32,000 nucleotides of DNA from Planctomycetales bacterium (lineage in GTDB: Bacteria; 4484-113; JAFGCY01), in assembly GCA_022646745.1 (NCBI GenBank), contig CP060262.1:1860001-1892000 (forward strand), given 5' to 3'. Shown piece by piece: positions 1 through 7,817 of the stretch. The translations under genes were made by a program, and so were the position numbers. Below the pieces are notes generated by a model. It was not told the origin of the DNA, ran no database searches, and was given only the letters and a program-made list of their open reading frames with translations. The stretch's first letter is position 1; every line of letters begins with the position of its first letter.

Positions 1-1364
1 CCGAGTTGCTGGAGCGGGACGGGCAGCAGCTTGCACCTGATCCGGCCCTGCTTGCCAGGCAGGCCGATCTGCTGGCGGGCCTGGCACGCTATGCGGAATC
101 CCTCGACGTGCTTTCTCGGGCCATCCAGCTGGCCAGGGAGTCAACCGGCCAGGCTGACCCGCTGCTGCACAAGTCGCGGGCCGGAATCCTGTTCGAGATG
201 GAGCGTTGCCAGGAAGCACTGGAGGAGATATCGCGCTCGGCCAGGGCCCGTGAGCAACTGGGGCTCGACGAGGACTGGGAGTTGTCAAAACTGCGGGGCA
301 ACTGCTTCTACATCCTCGGCCGCAATGAGGAGGCGCTGGCCGCCTACAGCCGGGCCGAGGACATCCAGCGAAGGCAGGGCATGCCTGTCTATCCCTACCT
401 GCCGATGAACCGCGGCGCTGTCTACATCTCGGAGCATCGTCTTCAGGAGGCTCTGCAATGCTTCGAGGAGTCGGCAACACTGCTGCAGGCACAGGGCATG
501 CAGCCGCACTATGCACTGGAGATGAACCGTGGCGTGCTGCTTTCGCAGCTCGGCCGGATCGCTGAGGGACTGGAGGCCTACAACCGGGCCGAAGACTTGC
601 TTAGGGAGGATGGCAAGCCGGAGGATGCCGACCTGCTGATGAACCGTGGGATTGCCTGTTACCGGCTGGGCCAGGCCAGCGAGGCACTGGAGCACTTCCG
701 CCGCAGTGAACAGCTGCGCCATGAGCGCGGCATGCAGGAGTCATACGTGCTGGTGTTTCACCGTGCGATCGCTCTGCAGCGCAGTGGCGAGGTGCAGCAG
801 GCCATCGCCCAGGCCTACCGCGCGATTGCCATCTGCAGTGAGCAGGGACTGACAATCAACCGCTTCGTGGCCGAGACCCTGCAGGACTGGCTGGCCAGCG
901 GTGCCACAGAGCCCGTTGCCAGCGAAGGGGAGGCCGCCCAGTGCAGCTATGATGCCTTCATTTGCTACCGCCGCAATGTGGCAATGGGGCATGCGATGCT
1001 GCTGAAGACGCACCTCGACCTGAACGGCCGCTCGGTGTTCCGCGACCAGGACAACCTGCCGGTTGGCCGCTTCCGCGAACAGCTGGCGGAGGCCGTCTGC
1101 AGCTCGCGCGTGCTGATCCTGCTGCTGACGCCGGGCATCTTCGAGGAAGCTGACGACGATGATGAGGACTTCCTGCTGTTCGAACTGGCAACAGCGCTCA
1201 GCTGCGGCACGCGCATCATCCCGGTGGCGATGGAGGGCTTCATCTGGCCGGAGGCCTCCGAACTGCCGGCGGAGGTGCGCGGCATCGCCCAGTTCAACGG
1301 CCTGTCCTTCTCCAGTGAGTTCTTCACCGCCTTCATGGACAAGCTGCTGAAGTGGATGGAGTAA
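1..1364 (+). CDS. TPR-repeat protein with C-terminal TIR domain, probably 5'-truncated by the window edge
   Basis: The frame is open to position 3, so the TTG at 6 is probably not the true start. The N-terminal ~300 aa contain repeated TPR-like helices, including three ~48-aa units each carrying MNRG. From nt ~945 the C-terminus reads SYDAFICYRRN...SRVLILLLTPG...DFLLFELATAL, which matches the TIR_2 pattern (YDxFISY; buried beta strand; xxEL helix with a candidate catalytic Glu at nt 1182-1184). Confidence 0.8.
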   Translation, partial: ELLERDGQQLAPDPALLARQADLLAGLARYAESLDVLSRAIQLARESTGQADPLLHKSRAGILFEMERCQEALEEISRSARAREQLGLDEDWELSKLRGNCFYILGRNEEALAAYSRAEDIQRRQGMPVYPYLPMNRGAVYISEHRLQEALQCFEESATLLQAQGMQPHYALEMNRGVLLSQLGRIAEGLEAYNRAEDLLREDGKPEDADLLMNRGIACYRLGQASEALEHFRRSEQLRHERGMQESYVLVFHRAIALQRSGEVQQAIAQAYRAIAICSEQGLTINRFVAETLQDWLASGATEPVASEGEAAQCSYDAFICYRRNVAMGHAMLLKTHLDLNGRSVFRDQDNLPVGRFREQLAEAVCSSRVLILLLTPGIFEEADDDDEDFLLFELATALSCGTRIIPVAMEGFIWPEASELPAEVRGIAQFNGLSFSSEFFTAFMDKLLKWME

Positions 1365-1502
1365 GGGGTGCGGAGGTCAGCCGTAAGGTTGACAACGTGG
1401 AGACCTGGCGAATGTCAGACAACGAAAGTTCTGGATGAATAACTAGGGGACACGAAGATCTTGGCAATTTCCCACTCCCTGGATTAAATCTTGGCAGTAT
1501 GG

Positions 1503-2867
1503 CTACTGCCCGGAGACTGTTGATGGCAGCCCTTCGATGTCATATCCGCTCATAAAACGGTCCGATTCCAGCCATGAACAGCAGATGACTGCGAAGCGTT
1601 CATCCAGCCTTACATTGACATAGTCATAATCCGAGATGAGCGTGGGTGGTTTGAATATGTACTCATGGCTTTCGCTTGTCACCAGGTAAATAAGACCCTG
1701 CCTTTCAAAATAGGAGCGCAAAAGGGGAATTGCCTTTACCTCGTTGTCGAAGTCATCCCCATCATGTTTTCGAAACAGCCAAAGCAGGAACTTGCCGCAC
1801 GGGTCGCCTGCGGATATCCTCAGGCCCGGGAAGCTCGTGTAAACGTAGTCATCTCCGGGGGTTTTCCACCACATGAAGAAGCGCTGCCTGTCGTAACCCA
1901 GTGATGCCATATAGTCTCGGTACTGTTCCGAAAATTCTCTACTGCGTCTGCGTCCTTCCAGGTGCTGCAGCAGAGATGGCTGGCTGTTGCCAAGTGCTGC
2001 GGCTGCCTGATCCAGAAACTCCTGCTTGCTCTTGTCGTACTCATTGTATGACTCCCACTCGAAAAGCACATTGCCTACGTTGTCAAGCAGATACCAGGGA
2101 GTGTGTTGAGAGTAGTGCTCGCGGTCGTTGATCACCAGCCTGGCCAGGAATAAAGATGGCCCAACCGGTTCAATTGTAAATGTGTGGCTAAGCCAGATCG
2201 CTGTGGGGAAGCTCCTGATGCGGTCGTCAATGACTTCGTAAGCGTCGGGGTTGCTCAGGGCAAGTCCAGCCGGGGTCATATCATTCTCGTCATCGTCTCC
2301 TATAAGCATGTAAGCCAGATTGCCGTTGTCAAGGAGGATCATGGTCCACGGCCAATGGGCATCGTGATGAATTGGATAGTGGACCAGCCTGAAGGATGTA
2401 TCCATCAGCCACGCGTCATCTGACGAATCCGTGACCAGCAGCTTTCCTGAGACGATGTCCAGCTCAGCTCTTTCTTTTGCAACGAATCCGGGAATCTGCT
2501 GCCGGTTGACCATCTGGCCCTGAGAATCCAGCACACTGAGCATGCCAGATTTGTCCAGCATCACGAATCCTGTGCCAGGGAACATGATCGTGTGCGCGAT
2601 GTCGGAAAGTTGCCAGTCCGGGCGGTGCATCAGTTCATCGCCATTTCGATCCCAGAGGTGGAAGCCACTCTTCTTGCCGAACCAGACGGTGTTTCCGTTT
2701 CCAACAGTATGGATGTTGTAGAACTCTTCACCGAGCTCGCTTTCGGTCACTCGCCAGCGCTCAACAAGGTTCAGCTCAACGGGTGCCGCGCTCCACGCCA
2801 TTTGGCTGGGATAACTCAGTAGTAGGCAGGTAGCGATTAGCTGCCGCGTCAGCCAGCGCTTGTCCAT
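1503..2867 (-). CDS. secreted hypothetical protein (454 aa), no domain recognised
   Basis: Long ORF. I chose the internal ATG at 2867 because AGGAGA lies 6 nt upstream and the protein then begins with a signal peptide (MDKRWLTRQLIATCLLLSYPSQMAWS|AAP). GC is visibly lower (about 50% in hand-counted stretches) than in the flanking genes. Confidence 0.75.
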   Translation of the reverse strand: MDKRWLTRQLIATCLLLSYPSQMAWSAAPVELNLVERWRVTESELGEEFYNIHTVGNGNTVWFGKKSGFHLWDRNGDELMHRPDWQLSDIAHTIMFPGTGFVMLDKSGMLSVLDSQGQMVNRQQIPGFVAKERAELDIVSGKLLVTDSSDDAWLMDTSFRLVHYPIHHDAHWPWTMILLDNGNLAYMLIGDDDENDMTPAGLALSNPDAYEVIDDRIRSFPTAIWLSHTFTIEPVGPSLFLARLVINDREHYSQHTPWYLLDNVGNVLFEWESYNEYDKSKQEFLDQAAAALGNSQPSLLQHLEGRRRSREFSEQYRDYMASLGYDRQRFFMWWKTPGDDYVYTSFPGLRISAGDPCGKFLLWLFRKHDGDDFDNEVKAIPLLRSYFERQGLIYLVTSESHEYIFKPPTLISDYDYVNVRLDERFAVICCSWLESDRFMSGYDIEGLPSTVSGQ

Positions 2868-3021
2868 GCCGGTTCTCCTGAAGTGATATTGATAGAAGTT
2901 TAGCATAGCAGGGATTAAGCAGTTAAAAGCAATTCTCACGAATCCTATGGATCATACGGAGCAGACGCCAGGCTGGCGCAACCACTATGCGGAAAGTGAT
3001 TGTCGCCTTGCCCTACTGACA

Positions 3022-3056
3022 GAAAATCAAAAAGGACGGACCCTAAGGCCCGTCCC
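3022..3056 (-). terminator. rho-independent terminator downstream of the aminotransferase gene
   Basis: The minus strand reads GGGACGGGCCTTAGGGTCCGTCC followed by TTTTTGATTTTCT, i.e. a GC stem plus a T-tract. Confidence 0.6.
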
Positions 3057-3104
3057 TGATAAGTCCTGCTTCCCCAAGCAGGGGCGAATAACTAACTCAG
3101 TGCT

Positions 3105-3181
3105 GAGCAATGAAGAGTGAGCAATGATCCCATGCAACCCGGTAGCCAGTCTCATTGCTCATTGCTCATCACTCATTGCTT
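3105..3181. repeat. word-built imperfect palindrome (GAGCAATGA / TCATTGCTC) at the 3' end of the aminotransferase gene
   Basis: Left arm 3105-3127 is gagcaatgaagagtgagcaatga. Right arm 3159-3181 is tcattgctcatcactcattgctt. 18 of 23 positions are complementary by hand alignment, with a ~31-nt loop. An extra hairpin CCTGCTT-CCCC-AAGCAGG lies at 3065-3082. Confidence 0.7.
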
Positions 3182-3183
3182 CT

Positions 3184-4509
3184 TCACGCTCCCACCGGCG
3201 CGCTGGCAACAGCCTTCAGGCTGTCGGCGAATGCGTTCATCACCGTCTCCAGCTGCTCCTGCGTGATGATCGCCGGCGGCTGGATGCGGATCGTGCTCGG
3301 GTTGTTGATCGTCTGCGCAACCAGCACGTCGCGCATGAACAGCTCGTCGGCGATGCGCGTGCCGAGCTCCGGGGTCTGCAGCTCAAAGCCGATCCACAGC
3401 CCGATGCCGCGCACCTCACGCACCAGCTGCGGGTTCTGCATTGCCAGTTCGGTGAGCTGGGCCTTCAGCCAGGCGCCCTTGTCCTCGGCCTGCTGCAGGA
3501 TGTTGTCATGTTCGTAGACCTCGATCGAGGCCAGCGAGGCGGCACAGGACAGCTGGCTGCCGGCGAAGGTGTTCGTCAGCCACCAGGGGTTCTTCTCCAT
3601 CCCCCGGAAGTCGGGGTCGTTCTCACGGTGCCCGTGGAAGGCGCGGCTGTTGGCAATCAGCGCGCTCTGCGTCGCCATTCCGCCGCCCAGCGCCTTGCCG
3701 AGCGTGACCAGGTCCGGCTCGAGCCCGAAGTGCTCGCTGCAGAACCAGCGCCCGCTGCGGCCCCAGCCGCTCTGCACCTCATCCACATGCATGATCGCAC
3801 CGACCTCTGTGCAGCGTGCGCGCACCGCCTGCAGGAACTCGCGGCTCGGCACGTTGATGCCGCCCTCGCCCTGCACCGGCTCGACGATCACGCTGGCCAC
3901 CTCGGTGGTGATGCTGTGGTCGAGGTTGTCAATGTCGTCGTAGGTGTGCACCTGGAAGCTCGGCAGCAGGCTGCCGAAGGGCTGGCGCAGCGGGATGCGG
4001 TTCGTCGCGGCGAGCGCGCCGGTGGTCTTGCCGTGGAAGCTCTTGGAGAAGCTCACGTGCCGCGTGCGCCCCGTTGCCAGCCGCGCCATCTTCAGCGCGG
4101 CCTCATTGCTCTCGGCCCCGCCGCAGTGGTAGTAGACGTACTGCAGGTCGCCCGGCGCGCGCTTGGCAATCTCGCCGGACAGCACCGCTGCCAGCGGGTT
4201 GAGCAGCTCCTGGCTGTACAGCCCGATGCGCTCCATCGCCTGCTGCACGCGCTTCATAACATGCGGGTGGCGGTGCCCGAGCAGGAACACACCGTAGCCG
4301 CCGAGGCAGTCGATGAAGCCGTGCCCGCTCATGTCGTACATCATCACGCCCTCGCCACGCCATTCAACGGCGTGGCTGGGGTTCTTGGCCGAGCGCTTGT
4401 ACTCGATGAAGCCCGGGTTCATGTGCTCCCGGTAGTTGCTGAAGGTCTCATCGAGGATGCGCTTGCGATCCGCTTCCTCGGGATATGCATTGAATAGGTA
4501 GTCGAACAT
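3184..4509 (-). CDS. patA: class-III PLP aminotransferase, putrescine aminotransferase (PatA/YgjG)-like
   Basis: Blocks match E. coli YgjG as I recall it: MNPGFIEYKRS, FIDCLGGYGVF..GHRHP, YSQELLNPL, EPVQGEGG, DEVQSGWGRSG, LGKALGGG (PLP lysine), TIRIQPP. GGAGG RBS upstream. The symbol is tentative. Confidence 0.85.
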   Translation of the reverse strand: MFDYLFNAYPEEADRKRILDETFSNYREHMNPGFIEYKRSAKNPSHAVEWRGEGVMMYDMSGHGFIDCLGGYGVFLLGHRHPHVMKRVQQAMERIGLYSQELLNPLAAVLSGEIAKRAPGDLQYVYYHCGGAESNEAALKMARLATGRTRHVSFSKSFHGKTTGALAATNRIPLRQPFGSLLPSFQVHTYDDIDNLDHSITTEVASVIVEPVQGEGGINVPSREFLQAVRARCTEVGAIMHVDEVQSGWGRSGRWFCSEHFGLEPDLVTLGKALGGGMATQSALIANSRAFHGHRENDPDFRGMEKNPWWLTNTFAGSQLSCAASLASIEVYEHDNILQQAEDKGAWLKAQLTELAMQNPQLVREVRGIGLWIGFELQTPELGTRIADELFMRDVLVAQTINNPSTIRIQPPAIITQEQLETVMNAFADSLKAVASAPVGA

Positions 4510-4790
4510 TGTTCCTCCCCGGGCCGTTTCGCCCGCCTGCTGCTCCGGGATAAACCCGGATTGTCAGATGTCCTGAATCATTCAGGCAAGATCGGCTGAA
4601 TGGGAGGCCTCCGGCACCTTCTGCGGCATCAGCGGAGGTTCATGCGGATTGTGGGGGTTGCGCCCGTCATGCTGCCAGCCGCGCCGGATCAGCGGGTTGT
4701 ACACCCAGGACGGACGGATCACTATTACTGCCTGGTCCACGGACTGATTGTAACAGCCCGGACAGGCCCACCAGGGCCTTATGCCGGGGC

Positions 4791-5042
4791 TTAATTCAGC
4801 AGGTGCGCGCCGAAGCCGATTTCCTCGACACTGCGCACGAAGTGCTGCGGATCGCCCGGTTCAGCGCGCAGCTCGATCAGGCAGCTGTCGCGCTCTGAGC
4901 TGACTTCCACGTTCAGCACCTCAGGCAGCTTCATCAGCGTTTCCTTGACGCGCATCGCGCAGCCGCCGCAGTGCAGCCCGGACAGGCCCAGCCTGAAATG
5001 GTGGGCGGATTCATGTGCCTGTTGTTCCTGTGTTTCGCTCAT
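4791..5042 (-). CDS. heavy-metal-associated (HMA) domain protein, CopZ-like metallochaperone
   Basis: 83 aa with the metal-binding loop GLHCGGCAMRVKETL (a variant of GMxCxxC) and a ferredoxin-like beta-alpha-beta-beta-alpha-beta length. Confidence 0.8.
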   Translation of the reverse strand: MSETQEQQAHESAHHFRLGLSGLHCGGCAMRVKETLMKLPEVLNVEVSSERDSCLIELRAEPGDPQHFVRSVEEIGFGAHLLN

Positions 5043-5076
5043 AACCCTGATTTACCTCCCTGTGCAGCGCAATTAA

Positions 5077-5102
5077 TGTAACCTCCGTGGCCGCCGTGCG
5101 TC
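5077..5102 (+). promoter_or_regulatory. candidate ECF-type promoter (TGTAAC-N16-CGTC) for the sigma factor gene
   Basis: AAC ends at 5082 and CGTC lies at 5099-5102, giving a 16-nt spacer. This matches the generic ECF GGAAC-N16/17-CGTC architecture. It sits 11 nt before the GTG start, so the leader would be very short. Confidence 0.35.
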
Positions 5103-5112
5103 CGGTTATGAT

Positions 5113-5673
5113 GTGTTAGCGATGGTATTGCAGCGCAATCAGGACAATGTGGCGGTTCGCAACGAGCAGTTCACTGTCCATTATGAGGAGATCCATCTCC
5201 AGGCCTGGCGTCTTGCGCTGTACCTCTGCGGCCGTCGTGAGGACGCCGAGGACCTGCTGGCTGAGACCGTGGCCGGAGCGATCCGTAACTTCGACAAGCT
5301 GCGCGACGTCAGTAAGTTCAAGGGCTGGTTCATGAAGAGCATGCGCAACCTGCACATCGACCACATCCGCCGCTCAAAGAGGCAGATGGACGTGGCCGAT
5401 TTCGGCGGGGATGTGATGGTCTGGGAACGGCTCGGGCGTTACCCGCAGATCGAGGGGCCGCAGCGCAGTGCCGAGGCCCGGCAGATCTTCCGGGCAATCG
5501 ACATGCTGCCGGAAAGCCTGCGCACCCCGCTGGTGCTCAACGCCCTCGAGGGGCTGGACATCCGCGAGATCGGGGATGTGATGGGGCTCGGGCAGAGTGC
5601 CGTGAAGGTGCGTATCCATCGCGCCCGCAAGAAATTAATGGAACTTCTCGGTGAGGATTTCGAGGTCAGCTAA
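5113..5673 (+). CDS. ECF-family RNA polymerase sigma-70 factor
   Basis: Region 2 reads EDAEDLLAETVAGAIRNFDKL...FKGWFMKSMRNLHIDHIRR. Region 4 HTH reads LEGLDIREIGDVMGLGQSAVKVRIHRARKKL. An alternative ATG start is at 5122. Confidence 0.9.
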   Translation: MLAMVLQRNQDNVAVRNEQFTVHYEEIHLQAWRLALYLCGRREDAEDLLAETVAGAIRNFDKLRDVSKFKGWFMKSMRNLHIDHIRRSKRQMDVADFGGDVMVWERLGRYPQIEGPQRSAEARQIFRAIDMLPESLRTPLVLNALEGLDIREIGDVMGLGQSAVKVRIHRARKKLMELLGEDFEVS

Positions 5674-6891
5674 ATGACTGGCATGGGTAAATACAGCAAG
5701 GATCCGCTTGATCTGGCCAGGGGCCAGATGGACTTCGCGCGGATGGCATCTGATGCTCCGACGAGCAAGCAGATCCTCTTCAAGGCACAGACGATCATCC
5801 CCGCCGTACCGGCCAAGCCGGTCTGGCAGAAGGCCGCCCCCGCTGCGGGTGCCGCACTGGCCGCCGGCCTGCTGTTCGTGCCGGTGATCCCGCAGGGCAG
5901 CAGCCTCGAGCGCCTGGACGTCAATTTCGAGGGCAGCCTGACCCGTGAGCATGCCCAGCAGATGCAGTTCGAGATCCGCAATGCGCTGCCCTCAGACATC
6001 CTGATGGGCAGCAGCTTCAGCGCTGGCAGCACGGCCGATGCCGGCCAGCTCAGCCTGAGCTTCAGCGCCGCCGGCGAGCCGCAGCTGTCCTCCACGGTGG
6101 AGCGCGTCGTGATGGACAAGGCCGGTGAGAATGGCCCGCTGTTCGGCAGGCTGGACAGAGCCGCTGAGCTGCACAGCCGTGACAGTATCGTCAGCCGCGC
6201 AGTTGCAATGTTCGGCGGCAGCGGCGATGCACCTCAGTATGTTGACCCCGGCAACCAGACCGCCCGCGAGATCCTGCGCAACCCGGAGCTGCTTGAGCAG
6301 GGACTGGGCAAGGTGCTCGAGGAGCAGGGCTACGCCATTGGCGGGCTGGAGTTCCTTGACCGTCCCGCGGCCGATACCGCCGATTCCGGCGACCTGCGTG
6401 TGATTGAACTCGACTGCTGGCCACGCGCCATCCGCTTCACGGTGGATGCGCCGGACCTGGCCCGCTTTGAGCACAATGACCTGCGAAATGCCTGCGCAGT
6501 CTGGCTTGATTCGATGAACCTCGGTGCCAGCCGTCCCGGCCTGGCGCAGATGCCGTCCCGCCTGCTGCCGATCGTGGTGGAAGTCGTCGGCCCCGATGGC
6601 CGCACGGACCGCCACCTGACGGAGCGCCTGCAGGCAATGATCCAGCAGCCGGATGCGCAGCAGATCACTGACACCAGCAGCTGGAAGCCCCAGCTTGTGG
6701 TCAAGCAGGCCGTCAGCGAGCTGATGCAGGACGGACGTGACTATGCGGTTTCATATGAGCAGGTTGATGATCCGGCCTACAACCGCGACGTCAACTTCTA
6801 CTGGGCCACGGTTTACCTCTCAAACAGCACCGAGCAGGAGCCGGTACTGGACGAGCGCACGAAGGACCTCGAGCAGCAGATCGATTTCTGA
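5674..6891 (+). CDS. single-pass membrane protein, putative cognate anti-sigma factor
   Basis: The ATG abuts the sigma gene's stop (TAAATG), indicating translational coupling. It has a ~55-aa cytoplasmic N-terminus, one TM (AAPAAGAALAAGLLFVPVI) and a ~330-aa external domain with no motif I recognise. There is no HxxxCxxC zinc anti-sigma motif, so the function is inferred from position only. Confidence 0.6.
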   Translation: MTGMGKYSKDPLDLARGQMDFARMASDAPTSKQILFKAQTIIPAVPAKPVWQKAAPAAGAALAAGLLFVPVIPQGSSLERLDVNFEGSLTREHAQQMQFEIRNALPSDILMGSSFSAGSTADAGQLSLSFSAAGEPQLSSTVERVVMDKAGENGPLFGRLDRAAELHSRDSIVSRAVAMFGGSGDAPQYVDPGNQTAREILRNPELLEQGLGKVLEEQGYAIGGLEFLDRPAADTADSGDLRVIELDCWPRAIRFTVDAPDLARFEHNDLRNACAVWLDSMNLGASRPGLAQMPSRLLPIVVEVVGPDGRTDRHLTERLQAMIQQPDAQQITDTSSWKPQLVVKQAVSELMQDGRDYAVSYEQVDDPAYNRDVNFYWATVYLSNSTEQEPVLDERTKDLEQQIDF

Positions 6892-7384
6892 GGCCGCAGT
6901 CCCATATCGCCCCTCGTGGTGTTTCAAGCAGCTGCGAAGTTCCACAGGTTAATTCCCGGCTTAATTGCGAATTGCTCTCAATGTAATTCCCGCGATAAAT
7001 GCAGGTCTGCTGCACATTCTTTCGCTTATCCCCTGTTGGGTTTATCCCCGCGACGCAAGTAAAAGCGGTGCTGCCATGATCCATTTGGGCCAGCTCCAGG
7101 GCAGGACTGCCAGCTTCCCGGAGGCCGGGTCAAGCCCGTTGGTCGCTTGTGATCTGTTCTGCCGCAAATGATGTTTGAGGAGGGCAGTAATCTGGGAATT
7201 GTAAGTTGGTTCGGCTGTTATATATCCCTGCCCTGGAAGAACCGTTGCGGCATAGCTCAGGTCCGTTTCACGGGCCATTCCCGCATAGTTCTGTACCGGC
7301 TATGAAAATTCCGGATTCGTGGTATAATTCGGCCTTGATGCGGACTTCGCGCAAGTGGGCTCCACGTCAACCATGGGTTTTTCC

Positions 7385-7390
7385 TATAAT
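7385..7390 (+). promoter_or_regulatory. perfect TATAAT -10 box upstream of the small lipoprotein gene
   Basis: TATAAT lies 31 nt upstream of the ATG at 7422. No convincing -35 was found. A second extended -10 (TGGTATAAT) lies at 7319-7327. Confidence 0.3.
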
Positions 7391-7421
7391 AGTACTATTA
7401 TCATGTTTAGTGGAGGGCGAT

Positions 7422-7553
7422 ATGCGCTTTATCACGAACTTCCTGCTGGCCCTTGCCTTTGCCGGGCTGGCGCTGTCGGTGGCTAGCTGCTGCAGCAGCG
7501 ACGGTGATGTGCTTCCTGTTGTCCACGATGAGGGCGGCGGCGGTAACGTCTAA
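7422..7553 (+). CDS. 43-aa lipoprotein mini-gene
   Basis: GGAGGG RBS 4 nt upstream of the ATG. Signal peptide plus lipobox (LALSVAS|C). The mature peptide would be ~21 aa, ending in GGGGNV. A strong terminator follows. The track ORF 7206..7553 is an upstream extension that I do not accept. Confidence 0.55.
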   Translation: MRFITNFLLALAFAGLALSVASCCSSDGDVLPVVHDEGGGGNV

Positions 7554-7609
7554 GTTTGAATCACTGGCAAAGATTGACTGAGCCTCCGGAGGCCCGGTCA
7601 TTCCAAAGG

Positions 7610-7634
7610 AAGGGACCTTGGTCCCTTTTTTTTT
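7610..7634 (+). terminator. rho-independent terminator
   Basis: AAGGGACC-TT-GGTCCCTT followed by a T-run of 9-10. Confidence 0.85.
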
Positions 7635-7761
7635 GCGCGAAAATACTGCATCCCCTGTTACTCATACTGCCTCAGCTTCTGACCCCTGCCTCCTGCCTTT
7701 TGCTTTTTGCCTCTCCAAGCCCGGCCCTCCAGATTCCAGCCTCAATTAACATTGTCTATTA

Positions 7762-7789
7762 TTGACTAATTGAATCATTATGGTAAAAT
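7762..7789 (+). promoter_or_regulatory. sigma-70-type promoter TTGACT-N16-TAAAAT with TGn extension
   Basis: TTGACT at 7762-7767, TG at 7781-7782, TAAAAT at 7784-7789. It lies ~29 nt upstream of the ATG at 7818. Confidence 0.5.
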
Positions 7790-7817
7790 ACACTAACAAT
7801 CGTATAGGGAGGCAGTG

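Noticed and set aside
3124-4497. 457-aa ORF on the + strand
   Set aside because: It is antisense to the clearly recognisable PatA-like aminotransferase. Its R/A/L/H/G-rich composition is typical of a shadow ORF in high-GC DNA, and it has no motifs.
4600-4794. 64-aa + strand ORF, and a ~51-codon GTG-initiated - strand ORF, in the HMA/aminotransferase spacer
   Set aside because: Neither has an RBS or a recognisable motif, and the composition is uninformative. I treat the region as promoter / 5'-UTR of the aminotransferase gene, though a small protein cannot be excluded.
7247-7300. tRNA-like string gcggcatagctcaggtcc
   Set aside because: It resembles a D-arm start (TAGCTCAG), but there is no closing AGAGC, no anticodon stem, no GTTCGAATC T-arm and no matching acceptor stem.
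7206-7421. Upstream extension of the small lipoprotein ORF (115-aa version), and ORF 7556..7765
   Set aside because: The extension has a TTG start without an RBS and an implausible sequence. The 7556 ORF reads through a strong terminator hairpin and T-run.
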